NCBI GenBank assembly: GCA_963833225.1
Contig: CAWHXD010000019.1
Location: 64,001-128,000, forward strand
Direction of reading: 5' to 3'
Source: an uncultured Chloroflexia bacterium
GTDB taxonomy: Bacteria; Chloroflexota; Limnocylindria; Limnocylindrales; CSP1-4
DNA length: 64,000 bases
The notes beneath the pieces were generated by a model. The model searched no databases and was not told the DNA's origin. It worked only from the letters and a program-made list of their open reading frames with translations. Of the stretch, positions 29,961 to 40,572 are shown one piece after another; the stretch's first letter is position 1, and each line of letters begins with the position of its first letter. The translations under genes were made by a program, and so were the position numbers.

Positions 29961-30798
29961 ATGGCGGCAAGACTTCATCACACTGTAACTACCCAGGAAC
30001 CTGTAGTCGGCTTCGAAGCCGATGGCTGGACGCGGTACCTAACGCTCGAGGGCGACCGGGCATTCGTCATCGGAGGCGCCTGCGACACGTGTGCCTTCAT
30101 GTTCGAGCGGAAGCGCAGCAACCTCCTCTCGCCGACTGTCGTGTCCGATCGCCTTGCTGCCGGACTCGACTTGCTAGGCGACGACCTGCTCGACACGGTG
30201 GGATCCCTGCTTCCGACTGGCGACTACGCCGTTGCGACTGCCACCGTCACCCCGACCCCGAAGCGGTCCGTGTCAGCCTGACGACTACTTCAGTCATGAG
30301 TCGCTGGACTGTTCGGGATGCCGTCCTATGAGGGTGTGCCCGACAACCCGAGAACGCCGTACTGGCGCGCTGGGTCCTGGACGATGCCGCGCGACGCCGG
30401 CGCAAGATGGACACCTGATGGCCCTCGTCCGAGGCCGACGAACCCGAAGCGCTTCTTCCACTTCATCATTCCGCTGGAGCCTCCGCACCATCTCGATCGT
30501 GATCGCGTCGCCCACTGGGAGCGCCAGATTGCGTCGGGTGCTCAGCCAGCGGCTCTCGGGGTCTCGGTCCTCGATGTCCGGGCGCCAGCAGTCACGCCTT
30601 GGGACAAGGACGAGGCGACATACGAGTACGCGGAGCATTGGTGCTTGGCGACCTACCTCCTCGATGGTCACCACAAGGTCGAGGCGGCGGCTCGCGAGCA
30701 ATCGCCCCCTGCGACTCCTCACCTTCGTAGCGCGGGGTGCCTCCGTCGCGAGCGAGCAGGACGTGGACTCGGTCGTCCGGGCCATCTCCAACGGCTAG
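29961..30798 (+). pseudogene. Hypothetical protein with CxxC and ParB/Srx-like LLDGHHK motif, frameshifted
   Basis: GACDTCAF, DYFSHE, PRTPYWR, YLLDGHHKVEAAA across three frames. Confidence 0.55.
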
Positions 30799-30897
30799 CC
30801 ATTGCTGCGCCACGAATGATTCCTTGACGTAACGTGACGCACGTGGCAACCACACGTCGTGCGTCGGCCTCGGTCTGCTAGGCGATGAAGCGCTGGA

Positions 30898-31094
30898 TCA
30901 TCCGGACGAAGGTCAACCTCCTGCCGCCCGGAATCGAGCAGATTCGGACGATCGAAATCGTCGGGCTTGACCTCCAGGCTGACGGGGGTACCCACGTCGC
31001 GAACACCGCCGAGGTCGGGCGGATCCAGGTGACCGGGTACGAGTCCAAGGGCCGTATCAACAAGCGGATCCGCATCGCGGTGGTCGACGACTAA
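30898..31094 (+). pseudogene. alaX: Displaced duplicate 3' end of alaX
   Basis: Encodes IRTKVNLLPPGIEQIRTIEIVGLDLQADGGTHVANT..ESKGRINKRIRIAVVDD*. Confidence 0.9.
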
Positions 31095-31132
31095 CTAGTC
31101 TTCCACCGGGCAGGGCCGGCAGGAACCGGCGG

Positions 31133-32315
31133 TCAGTCGCAGAGCCCGATCGGGTCCCAGATCAGCTCGCTCGACTCGAGCGGTGCCCCGACGCTCTTGC
31201 CCTTGCCACCCTTGTTGCTGGTGGCCGTGTACGAGTGCTCGGTCTCGCGCAGGTGCATGTGCGCCTTGAGCTGGTCGTCGATGGTCAGCTCCACGACCCC
31301 GGACGCCTTGCCCTTGGTGCGGACCGTGATCCCACCTCCCGGCGTTGATACCTGGTTGTCGGTGTAGGTGAAGGTTCCGGTCATGACCCCCGTCGAGGAG
31401 GTCGCATCCAGCCGGATGGTCCACGTCTGCTTGCCCTTGGTCGCGAGGACGTCGTACGTGCCCTTGGCGGTCCAGGTGCCGCCGGGGCGCGTCGCACTTC
31501 CGGCCCGCGATCCTCCCGCCAAGGCTCGGGTGGTCGATCTGGTAGTTGCACTTGAGGTCGGTCTTCTTGATCCCGGCCCGCTCGACGAGCCGGTTGATGG
31601 TGGCCTTTTCCACGTTGCCGGCCGCGGTGCTGTTCATGACGTCGACCGCCGCCCCGGCCTTGGGCCGGCTGTGGAGCTTGTGGTCGGCCCCGGTGTAGTC
31701 CTCGTACGTGTCGTGGACGCCCATGACGTGCCCGGCTTCGTGGGCATACAGGTTGGGAGTGTTGATCCCGGGGCGCACGGCCGGATAGCGCCACAGTGAC
31801 GACGAGGCCCCGTTGTTCTGCGGCGTCAGCTGGTCGCTCGGGCTGTTGCCATCCCAGGTGGCGCCGGAGCTCTCGGAGGCCGACACGAAGTTGCGCATGT
31901 ACACGGGCGACTGGTCGATCCGGACCTCGACGCGATCCGTCGGATCCGGTGGGTTCAGGTGGTCATCGACCTTGACGTCGACCTTGACCACCACGTCATA
32001 GCAGTAGTACTGGTGGCCGTTCCAGACCTTCTCGATGTTCTCCTTGATGGCCCGGGCAATGTCGTCCGTCACATGACACCTCGCCACCGCCGCCGGGGTA
32101 CGCGCGGCGGCCAGCTGACCGGGCGTGCAGGCGGGCGTGATCGTGATGCGCACGTTGGCGGTGATGATCTTGGACAGGTCGTCGGTCTTCCAGCTGACAG
32201 CGCTGGCGGTCGCGCCGGCCACCGGCACCGGAGCCACCGCGCCGACGCCGACGAGAATGGCAAGGGCGACCGCCCGGAGCGTCCGAGACAGGATCATCGA
32301 TCTCAGCAGGCTCAT
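31133..32315 (-). CDS. Secreted zinc metallopeptidase (metzincin-like); frameshift near 31490
   Basis: Signal peptide, YAHEAGHVMGVHD (HExxHxxGxxD), DVMN Met-turn, beta-rich C-terminal domain. Confidence 0.7.
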
Positions 32316-33020
32316 GGGACGCTCAATCGGCCGATCGCGGGATCGAACTGCAGCGTTGCCCCGTTGGCGCCGAGCCAGGCCTTCCAGGTGGCCGCGAGGT
32401 CCTGTGGCGTGGCGCCGTCGGGGACGCCGGGGCCGTCGATGTAGCGATCGAGCGTGGAGACCGCGAACTCCGAGATGGCCAGAGGCGGCTGGGATCCGCG
32501 CAGGTCTCCGTCCTCGAGGATCAGGTCAGCGAGGACATCCGCGGCGTCTGATGCCCCCGAGCGAGAGGACGGTCGCCGCGGCCAGCGCGCGGATCGTCGG
32601 ATCGTCGTTGCCGAGGAGCGGTTGCAGGACCGCCGGGTCGCTGCCCACGGTGCCGTACACGAGGGTCGCCGCCCACAGTGCGTCGCCGCTGGCGCCATCC
32701 TGGATCGCGTTCGCAGCCGCGACCGCCCCGGCATCGGTGAACCGGACGGCGTCCACGGCGCTGAGCGATGCCGGGTCGTCGAGGTTGGCGGCGTCGATCG
32801 CGGCCCGGGCTGCCGCGACGTCCGGGTCGCTCGATGAGGAATCGGAGGTAGGCGGAGCGGTCACCGATGCACTTTCCTGGGCGCCGGGGCTCTGGGTGGG
32901 ACGGGGTCCCGTGGTCGTGTCCGGTGAGCCGCAGGCGGCAAGGACCGCCGCCAGGATGGCCGCGAGCATGATCGAGACGGAAGTCCGCCTCCCCACCAAG
33001 AGGACGCCGGGGACCCGCAT
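32312..33020 (-). CDS. HEAT-repeat-like lipoprotein; frameshift near 32560
   Basis: Lipobox LAACG, LQPLLGNDDPTIRALAAATV; ATGA overlap with the peptidase. Confidence 0.6.
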
Positions 33021-33125
33021 CCCCGGACAATGCCACACGCGCGGCCGCGGTTCAATCCGCTATTTCAACCGCCTCGACCGGCGGTTGACTGCGGAATCAA
33101 GGTCCTGGCCGGTCACCGGGGTCGC

Positions 33126-33662
33126 TCATCGCGGGCTGGCGGCGCGGATCGCGGCCACGGTCGCGGCCACGTCGAGCGTCGTGGTGTCCAGGACCAGCCA
33201 GCCGTCGGCGACGAGGCCGTCAAGCATCGGACCCATGAAGCCGTAGGCGTGGCCGATCGCCATCTCGGCGGACGGATCGAGGGTGCCGATCCGGGCCGCG
33301 TTTCGCCGCCGGACCTCGGCCTCGGTGGGGTAGAGCACAACGCCAAATGCCCCGGGCTCCGCGAGCAGCCCACGGTACTCGCGCAGCCCGAGCGGATCGA
33401 AGAAGTCGTCGATCACGACCGTGAACCCGGCCGCCGCATAGTCGAGCGCCGTCCGCACCGCCGCCGCGCGGGCGAGTGCGATCTGGAGGACGAGCTCCTC
33501 GTTCCAGCCCGGCGCTGGGGACGCGAGGCCCGCCACCACCATGTGGCGCAGGTCGTCGACGGGGATGTGGACCCCGCGCTCGAACGACGCGGCGAGCGCG
33601 TGCGCCGCACTGCTCTTGCCGGCCGACGTGCTACCGACGATGAGGTAGATGGGGGAGGGCAC
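33126..33662 (-). CDS. P-loop kinase (AAA_33/chloramphenicol-phosphotransferase-like)
   Basis: GSTSAGKSS, VDDLRHMV, RRRNAAR, LDTTTL. Confidence 0.8.
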   Translation of the reverse strand: MPSPIYLIVGSTSAGKSSAAHALAASFERGVHIPVDDLRHMVVAGLASPAPGWNEELVLQIALARAAAVRTALDYAAAGFTVVIDDFFDPLGLREYRGLLAEPGAFGVVLYPTEAEVRRRNAARIGTLDPSAEMAIGHAYGFMGPMLDGLVADGWLVLDTTTLDVAATVAAIRAASPR

Positions 33663-33739
33663 GTCCAGATGATCGCAGGTCGGCGGCAGCAGTCGCGTGG
33701 GCGACACCCGGGTCGGCCGGCGCCGGGCATCATTGGGCG

Positions 33740-35524
33740 ATGCCCGCTACCCACGATTCGTTCCGCGCCATCGATGACCGGTTTGCCCGCTTCCTCGACG
33801 AGCGCCGCGCTCCGGGTGCCGCCTGGGGCGTGATCCGCGACGGCGAGCTGGTCCACACCGGGGGAATCGGGGAGGCGGTCGTCGGCGTCGCGCGCAGGCC
33901 GGATGCCGACACCGTGTTCCGGATCGCATCGATGACCAAGTCGTTCACCGCGGCGCTGATCCTTGGGCTGCGCGACGAGGGGCGGCTTGGCCTGGACGAC
34001 CCGGTGGCCCGGCACATCCCCGAGCTCGAGGGCTGGGGCCCGCCGAACGGGGACGCCGGGCCCGTGACCCTTCGCCAGCTGCTCACGATGTCCGCGGGTC
34101 TCGCGACCGATGATCCGTGGGGCGACCGGCAGCAGGGGCTCCCGCTCGACGCCTTCGCGCGCTTCCTCGCGGCCGGCCCGGGCTTCGCCTGGCCACCGGG
34201 CGCGGCGTTCGAGTACTCGAACCTGGGGTTCGGGATCCTGGGGCGCGTCGCCACCAACGCCGGCGGCGCCGAGTACCGGGACCTGGTGACGACCCGGTTC
34301 CTGGTCCCGCTCGGGATGGCGTCCTCGGGCTTCCGCGAGGAGGATGTGCCCGGCGACCGCCTTGCGCGCGGCTACGTGCGCCGGAACGACGCCTTCATCC
34401 GCGAGGGCGACGATCCATACGGGGCCTTCGCGTCGATGGGCGGGCTCTACTCGACCGTACGGGACCTGGCGCGCTGGGTGGCGGGGTTCCTCGACGCGTT
34501 CCCGGCCCGCTCCGGCGCGGATGGCCCACATCCGCTGCGCCGGGCGACCCGGCGCGAGATGCAGCAGGTGCAGCGGGGCTTTCGCGCCGCGATCCCGGCG
34601 CACGCTCCCGACGCGGTCCCGGGTCTCGTGGCCGGCGGGTACGGGTTTGGGCTGTTCGTGACCAGCGACCCGGACCTCGGCACGTTCGTCACCCATTCGG
34701 GCGGCTATCCGGGCTACGGGTCCGAGATGGCCTGGCACCCGGCGACCGGCCTCGGGATGGTGGCGCTCGCCAACCTGCGGTACGCGGGGCCGTCTCCCGT
34801 GGTGGCCGAGCTGCTGGCGCGATTGGTTCGTGATGAGCAGGCACCGCGGCGGCGGCTCCACCCGGCGCCCGATACGGAGCGGCTCAGGCTCGCCGTCGAG
34901 GCGCTCGTCGAGCATTGGGACGATGCCGCGGCGGACGCAGTATTCGCGATGAACATGGACCTCGACGAGCCCCGCGACATCCGGCGAGCGGCGGTGAAGG
35001 CGGCGGTCGACGCGATCGGCGGACCGTACCGTCGCGATCCGGCGCGGGCAGAGCGCGTGCCATCCGCGGCGCAGGTGGAGTGGTGGCTTCGCGGGCGGGA
35101 AGGCTGGCTGCGGATCCTCGTGCTCGACACGCCGGAGCCGGAGCCGCGGATCCAGGCGCTCAAGATCGCCGCGGTCGGGGACCCGTCAGCGGCGCTTGCC
35201 GCGGCCGCAGGACAGATCCTCGACGCCTGCGCTGCCGACACCGATGCCGGACGGCTGCCGCGGTGGCCCGGCGGCCTCGACCACGCGGAGACCGTCGACA
35301 TCGCGAGCGTCGAGCGGAGCCTCGCGGCGGCCTGGGTCAGGTTCGGTCGTCTGGAGATCGGCGACCCGATCGATGGGGACGGTCACGCCTCCACCACGTG
35401 GACGCTGCGCACCGAGCGTGGTGGCGAGGCGACGCTCCGCCTCGGCGCGGATCCGGACAGCGGCGCCATCACGGAGTGCGCGCTGCTCGTCGCTCGCCGG
35501 CAGCCCCCCGACGAATCCTGGTAG
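33740..35524 (+). CDS. Serine hydrolase, beta-lactamase/AmpC family, with C-terminal extension
   Basis: FRIASMTKS (SxxK), YSN, HSGG. Confidence 0.9.
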   Translation: MPATHDSFRAIDDRFARFLDERRAPGAAWGVIRDGELVHTGGIGEAVVGVARRPDADTVFRIASMTKSFTAALILGLRDEGRLGLDDPVARHIPELEGWGPPNGDAGPVTLRQLLTMSAGLATDDPWGDRQQGLPLDAFARFLAAGPGFAWPPGAAFEYSNLGFGILGRVATNAGGAEYRDLVTTRFLVPLGMASSGFREEDVPGDRLARGYVRRNDAFIREGDDPYGAFASMGGLYSTVRDLARWVAGFLDAFPARSGADGPHPLRRATRREMQQVQRGFRAAIPAHAPDAVPGLVAGGYGFGLFVTSDPDLGTFVTHSGGYPGYGSEMAWHPATGLGMVALANLRYAGPSPVVAELLARLVRDEQAPRRRLHPAPDTERLRLAVEALVEHWDDAAADAVFAMNMDLDEPRDIRRAAVKAAVDAIGGPYRRDPARAERVPSAAQVEWWLRGREGWLRILVLDTPEPEPRIQALKIAAVGDPSAALAAAAGQILDACAADTDAGRLPRWPGGLDHAETVDIASVERSLAAAWVRFGRLEIGDPIDGDGHASTTWTLRTERGGEATLRLGADPDSGAITECALLVARRQPPDESW

Positions 35525-35533
35525 CCCCCGGGT

Positions 35534-36172
35534 TCAGCGCCAGAGATCGGGCGGTGTCACCGTTGCGCCGGCGGCTCGCCGCGAGGCGCTCGAGGACCGA
35601 GTACCAGTCGAACCGGCTGGTGATCTCCGACGCGCGGAGCACGACCAGTCCGCTCGGCGGGGACCAGGTCGGGGAGCGTCCGGTCGAGGATCGCCTCGAT
35701 CTCGTCGCGAAAGGCGTCGCTGGTGGATCGCACGCCGTCCGCCTGGAGGGCGACGTCCGGGAGCAGGCGAACCACCAGGTCGTAGGTCTGCGACCAGCGC
35801 CGGACGAGGGGGCCCACGTCAAACGCGTCGGTCCCGCCGCACGCCCGCAGGTAGTAGGCGTAGTTGTCCATCACCCCGCGATCCGTGGCCAGGACATCGG
35901 CCTTGTGGGCCAGCTCCAGCTCCTGGCGGACCTGGCTGACCAGGACCCACAGCTGCGCCTCGCCGCTCGCCCCCTCGTTGATGCCCAGCGGGTTGTCGCG
36001 CACCACCTCGCGACCCAACTCCACGCTCCGTCCGGCGCGCTGCACCTCGGCCGCGAACGCGAGCAGGGCGCTGGTCTTGCGGATCCCGTGGGACCCGATG
36101 AAGGCGATCTTGGCCGGGCGCGGCCAGGCCGCGGGCGAGCGGGGCGACGGCCTGGATGCGCTTGCGGGGCAT
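35534..36172 (-). CDS. NadR/AAA_28-like nucleoside kinase-fold protein, frameshifted
   Basis: KIAFIGSHGIRKTS, EVVR, TDRGVMDNYAY, ADGVRS across frames; ends approximate. Confidence 0.65.
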
Positions 36173-36227
36173 GCTCACAGGGTAGCCCCGGACGCCGGCG
36201 TGGTGAGGGCCCGGCGCCGGGTCGTCC

Positions 36228-37655
36228 CTACAGCGCCTTGACCGCCGAGACCAGCTCCCCGAGGCCGGCCTTCGCGTCGGCGAACAGCATCCCGGTCTTG
36301 GGGTTCGTGTACAGCTCGTTGTCGATACCGGCGTAGCCGCGGCCCATCGAGCGCTTCATCACGATGATGTTCTTGGCATGGTCCACGTCGAGGATCGGCA
36401 TGCCCGACACCGGGGAGCCGGGCCGGCGGGCGGCCGGGTTGGTGACGTCGTTGGCACCGATGACGAGGGCCACGTCGCAGCGGTCGAACTCGGGGTTGAT
36501 GTCCTCCATCTCCTTGAGCTGGGGATAGGGGACGTTGGCCTCCGCCAGGAGCACGTTCATGTGTCCCGGCATCCGTCCGGCCACCGGGTGGATCGCGTAG
36601 CTGACGTTGACCCCCCGGCTCTCGAGCAGCTCGGCGAGCTCGCGGACGCCGTGCTGGGCCTGGGCAACCGCGAGGCCGTAGCCCGGCACCACGATCACCG
36701 ACGAGGCGTACGCCAGCTGGATCGCCGCGTCGTCCATCGACACCTCGCGGACGGAGCCACCGGGGCCCGTCGCCGCGCCGGCCACGGCATCGCCACCACC
36801 AAACCCGCCGAGCATGATGTTCATGACCGACCGGTTCATGGCGTCGGCCATGAGCTTGGTCAGGATGGCGCCCGAGGCACCGACCAGGGCGCCGGCGATG
36901 ATCAGGACCGGGTTGTTCAGGACGAAGCCGGCCATGGCAACCGCGGTGCCCGTGAACGAGTTGAGCAGGCTGATGACCACGGGCATGTCCGCGCCGCCGA
37001 TCGGGAGCGTCATGGTGACGCCGAAGACCAGGGCTGCGGCGAGGATCGCCAGCATCACGGCCACGTGGTAGTTGCCGAGGAACAGGAACACGGACCCGGC
37101 GACCACGATGAGCGCCAGGAGGGCGGTCACGATCTGGCCACCCGGGACGATGACCGGGCGCGACGGCGTGATCTTGAGGCCCATCAGCTTCCCGGACGCG
37201 ATCAGCGAGCCCGTGAAGGTGATCGAGCCGATCGCGATGTCGAGGACGGTCGCGACGTTCTCCTGGAGGCCGGGGACGGTGCCGCCGTGACGCAGGTACT
37301 CGTCGATCGCGATCAGGGCCGCGGCGCCGCCGCCGACCGCGTTGAACAGGGACACCAGCTGCGGCATCGCGGTCATCTTCACGGTCCTGGCGGAGTACAG
37401 GCCGTACCCGCCGCCGACCGCGATGCCGGCGGCGATGATGATCCAGCCCAGCGGGTTGAAGGCGGCGGTCGTCGGCTTGAACAGCAGGAAGATGGCGGTG
37501 GCGCCGATCGCGAGGGCCATGCCGGCCGCCGAGACCAGGTTGCCGTTGCGCGCCGTGGCGGGCGAGTTCATCTGGGACAGGCCCACGACGAACGCGACGG
37601 CGCCCAGCAGCCAGGCCAGGCGGACGAAGGCGTCGAGCGGAGTGAGATCGGGCAC
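36228..37655 (-). CDS. pntB: NAD(P) transhydrogenase subunit beta
   Basis: MTAMPQLVS, IGGADMPVVISLLNS, PGYGLAVAQAQH, HPVAGRMPGHMNVLLAEA. Confidence 0.97.
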   Translation of the reverse strand: MPDLTPLDAFVRLAWLLGAVAFVVGLSQMNSPATARNGNLVSAAGMALAIGATAIFLLFKPTTAAFNPLGWIIIAAGIAVGGGYGLYSARTVKMTAMPQLVSLFNAVGGGAAALIAIDEYLRHGGTVPGLQENVATVLDIAIGSITFTGSLIASGKLMGLKITPSRPVIVPGGQIVTALLALIVVAGSVFLFLGNYHVAVMLAILAAALVFGVTMTLPIGGADMPVVISLLNSFTGTAVAMAGFVLNNPVLIIAGALVGASGAILTKLMADAMNRSVMNIMLGGFGGGDAVAGAATGPGGSVREVSMDDAAIQLAYASSVIVVPGYGLAVAQAQHGVRELAELLESRGVNVSYAIHPVAGRMPGHMNVLLAEANVPYPQLKEMEDINPEFDRCDVALVIGANDVTNPAARRPGSPVSGMPILDVDHAKNIIVMKRSMGRGYAGIDNELYTNPKTGMLFADAKAGLGELVSAVKAL

Positions 37656-37657
37656 GG

Positions 37658-37993
37658 TCAGTCTTCTGCCTTCTCGGCCTTGGGTGCCGCGGGCTTGCGC
37701 CTGAACATCTGGAGCATCCGGTCCGTGACCACGTAGCCGCCCACCACGTTCAGCGTGGCGAACGCGACGGCCAGGAAGGACAGCAGATAGGACACCGGGC
37801 TGTCCGCCCCGATGGCGATGATCATGGCGCCCACCAGCACGATCCCGTGGATCGAGTTGGCGCCCGACATCAGCGGGGTGTGGAGCGTGGCCGGGACCTT
37901 GGAGATCACCGCGAAGCCGACCAGGATCGCGAGCACGAAGATCGTGAACGCGAGGTCGATGGGCATCATCGTGGTCGTCGGGTCGGCGTTCAC
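37658..37993 (-). CDS. pntA2: NAD(P) transhydrogenase alpha, membrane part
   Basis: KVPATLHTPLMSGANSIHG, VTDRMLQMF. Confidence 0.95.
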   Translation of the reverse strand: MNADPTTTMMPIDLAFTIFVLAILVGFAVISKVPATLHTPLMSGANSIHGIVLVGAMIIAIGADSPVSYLLSFLAVAFATLNVVGGYVVTDRMLQMFRRKPAAPKAEKAED

Positions 37994-39147
37994 GCGGCAC
38001 CTCCGGCGGGAGCCAGGAGCTTCTGCACGGGCTCGGACAGGACCGATCCGCCATGGGTGATGACGGTGGCTTTCGTGACCTCCTCCTCGAAGTCGAGATG
38101 GAGGTCGCCGTCCTTGACCATGTTCAGGAGCAGCATCGAGATGTTGCGGGCATAGAACTGGCTGGCCGAGAGCGGCATGGACGCCGGAAGGTTCTCCGGG
38201 GCGACGATGGTGACGCCGTTGCCGGTGACGATCGTCTGGCCGGCCTGGCTCAGCTCGCAGTTGCCGCCCAGGGCGCTCGCGGCCATGTCCACGATGACGG
38301 AGCCCGGGCGCATCGCGGTGACGGCGCCAGCGGTGACCAGCACGGGCGGCTTGCGACCAGGAACCTGGGCGGTGGTGATGACCACATCCTGACCGGCGAT
38401 CACCTCGTTGAGCTCCGCCTGCTGAGCGGCGCGCTCCTCGGGCGTGAGCTCGCGGGCATACCCCCCGGCGCCCGTCGCGTCGATCGCGGTCCTGAGCTTG
38501 ACGAACTTCGCCCCAAGCGATTCGGCCTGCTCCGCCGTCTCCGGGCGGACATCGTAGGCAGCCACCACCGCGCCGAGGCGGCGCGCGGTGCCGATCGCCT
38601 GGAGGCCGGCGACGCCGATCCCGAGGATCAGGACGTTGGCGGGCTTCGCGGTGCCGGCCGCCGTGGTCAGGAGCGGGAAGTAGCGCCCGAAGGTGTTGGC
38701 GGCGATCAGGACCGCCTTGTAGCCGCCCGTGTTGGCCTGGCTCGAGAGGGCATCCATCGTCTGGGCCCGCGACAGGGTGCGCGGGATCGCGTCGAGGCTG
38801 ACCGCGGTCACCCCGGCCGACGCCAGCGTCGCCATGAGCGCCGGGTCGAGCAGCGGTTGCAGCAGGCCGACAACGGCCTGGCCGCTGCGCAGCAGCGCGG
38901 CATCCTCGGCCGACGGCTTCTGGACGCGCAGGATCACGTCCGCTCCCGCGTACAGGTCGGCGGTGCTCACGATCGTTGCCCCGGCGTCGGCATACGCCTG
39001 GTCCGGGATCAGGGCACCGGCACCCGCGCCGGCCTCGACGAGGATCTCGAGCCCGGCGGCCGTCAGCTTGCCGAGCGCTTCGGGCACCAGGGCGACACGG
39101 CGCTCTCCGGCCGCGGTCTCCCTGGCGACGCCGACCTTCATGGGCAT
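37990..39147 (-). CDS. pntA1: NAD(P) transhydrogenase alpha, soluble part
   Basis: GERRVALVP, RAQTMDALSSQAN, GIGVAGLQAI, GGYAREL, GGNCE. Confidence 0.96.
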   Translation of the reverse strand: MPMKVGVARETAAGERRVALVPEALGKLTAAGLEILVEAGAGAGALIPDQAYADAGATIVSTADLYAGADVILRVQKPSAEDAALLRSGQAVVGLLQPLLDPALMATLASAGVTAVSLDAIPRTLSRAQTMDALSSQANTGGYKAVLIAANTFGRYFPLLTTAAGTAKPANVLILGIGVAGLQAIGTARRLGAVVAAYDVRPETAEQAESLGAKFVKLRTAIDATGAGGYARELTPEERAAQQAELNEVIAGQDVVITTAQVPGRKPPVLVTAGAVTAMRPGSVIVDMAASALGGNCELSQAGQTIVTGNGVTIVAPENLPASMPLSASQFYARNISMLLLNMVKDGDLHLDFEEEVTKATVITHGGSVLSEPVQKLLAPAGGAA

Positions 39148-39260
39148 CACCGTCCGTTTGGGCAGCAGTTGTGGACCGGGCCGATGGTACCGGAGGCAAC
39201 CGATTGCCGGATGTTGCGGGCCGGTTGCGACCGCGATACGGAGCCGGGATCGCCGCCCAA

Positions 39261-40572
39261 TCAGGCGGCGGTCGATCCCCGCCAGGTGCGGATGCCGCCG
39301 CCGTCGGCCTTGGCCGCGTACATCGCCCGGTCGGCGCGTTCGCGCAGATCGCTTTCGAGCTCGTTTCCACCCGGCCTGGCGAGGGCGATCCCGATGGAAA
39401 CCCCGATCTGCTTGGGTCCATCGCTGGTGCTGAAGGGCGCGAGGATCGCCTCGAGGACCCGCTGGGCAAGGACCATCGCCTCGTCCTCGTCGTGCACGCC
39501 GTTGAGCAGGACCATGAACTCGTCCCCGCCACGCCGCCCCACCGCATCGGTGACGCGGACGCTGCGGCGCAGCCGGGCGCCCAGCTCCGCGAGCACCTCG
39601 TCGCCGACGAGGTGGCTGCGCGGGCCGTCGTTGACCGATTTGAAGTTGTCGAGGTCCAGGAACAGGTAGGCGGCGCCATCGATGCCCTGGCGGGCGCGGT
39701 TCGCGGCCTCGGTGGCCCGCAGGGAGAACGCGTTCCGGCTCAGGACGCCCGTCAGCTCGTCGTGGTCAACGCGGGTCGCGTCGGCGGCGGCCCGCCACAG
39801 CGACAGCACGAGGGTCGTGCACAGGATCGGTGCCCACCAGCCGACGGCAAGCCAGACCACGACGAACAGCCAGCCCAGCAATGTCTCGGCGACCGCCGTC
39901 TGCCGGAAGGAGTCGTCGAAGAGGGCCGCCACGTCGCGCGGGGTCAGGCCGTCGCGCAGCACGATGACCAACGCGGCGAGCAGCGCCGAGACCACCGCCA
40001 TGACCGCTGTGCCGGCAATCCCGGCCAGCGAGCAGCACGACCAGCGTGTCGCCCACGCCCACCGCTTCGCATGCGGCAATCACGACCTCCAGCACCAGGC
40101 CCCCGATGACAGCGGCCAGCAGCAGCGCGGCATGGTTGAACGCCACCCCGTACCACGGCGCCTCGCGCAGCTCGCGGCGGTCAAAGGTGCCCAGCATGGC
40201 GACCCACGCTCCGGCGACCGGACCGCCGAGCGTCATGGCGGCGGCGATGAACGGCAGGTGCAGGCTCAGCGCGGTATGGCCACCCGGGTCCCGCAGGATT
40301 CGCATGCCACCGAGCAGCGCGAAGGCCGTCCAGGCCGTGAGACCCGCGGCACCCGACCATGGCTCGGGGACCCCCACGATGCCAAGCGTCGACCGCAGGT
40401 GGGCTCCCGGCACGACGAGCAGCAGCAGCGTTCCAATGGTCAGCGCCGCGGCGCCGGCCGCGATCACCGCAGCGGTGTACCCGGCCAGGAGCGCGGTGCG
40501 GCGGGGAACGGCGAGCAGGGAGCCACCGCGGATCGTGTGGCCGGCGAGGGTCAGCCGCACGCCACGCCCCAC
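39261..40572 (-). CDS. Membrane-bound diguanylate cyclase; frameshift near 40030
   Basis: Multi-TM N-terminus, DELTGV, DLDNFKSVND, RRGGDEF, ADRAMYAAK; start uncertain. Confidence 0.85.

Larger units (their letters stand above)
25493..31094. mobile_element. Genomic island inserted at the 3' end of alaX, bounded by a ~197-bp duplication; no integrase visible
   Basis: 25493-25690 and 30898-31094 are near-identical alaX 3' ends; the interior has lower GC, atypical codons and accessory genes. Confidence 0.8.

Noticed and set aside
25690-30897. Integron cassette array or prophage
   Set aside because: No intI, no convincing attC (only a 36-bp AAC..GTT near 27972-28007), genes in mixed orientation, no phage structural genes
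37658-39679. 673-aa ORF ending in the PntA membrane domain
   Set aside because: Only the last 111 aa are real (GTG 37993); split pntA1/pntA2 is a common arrangement
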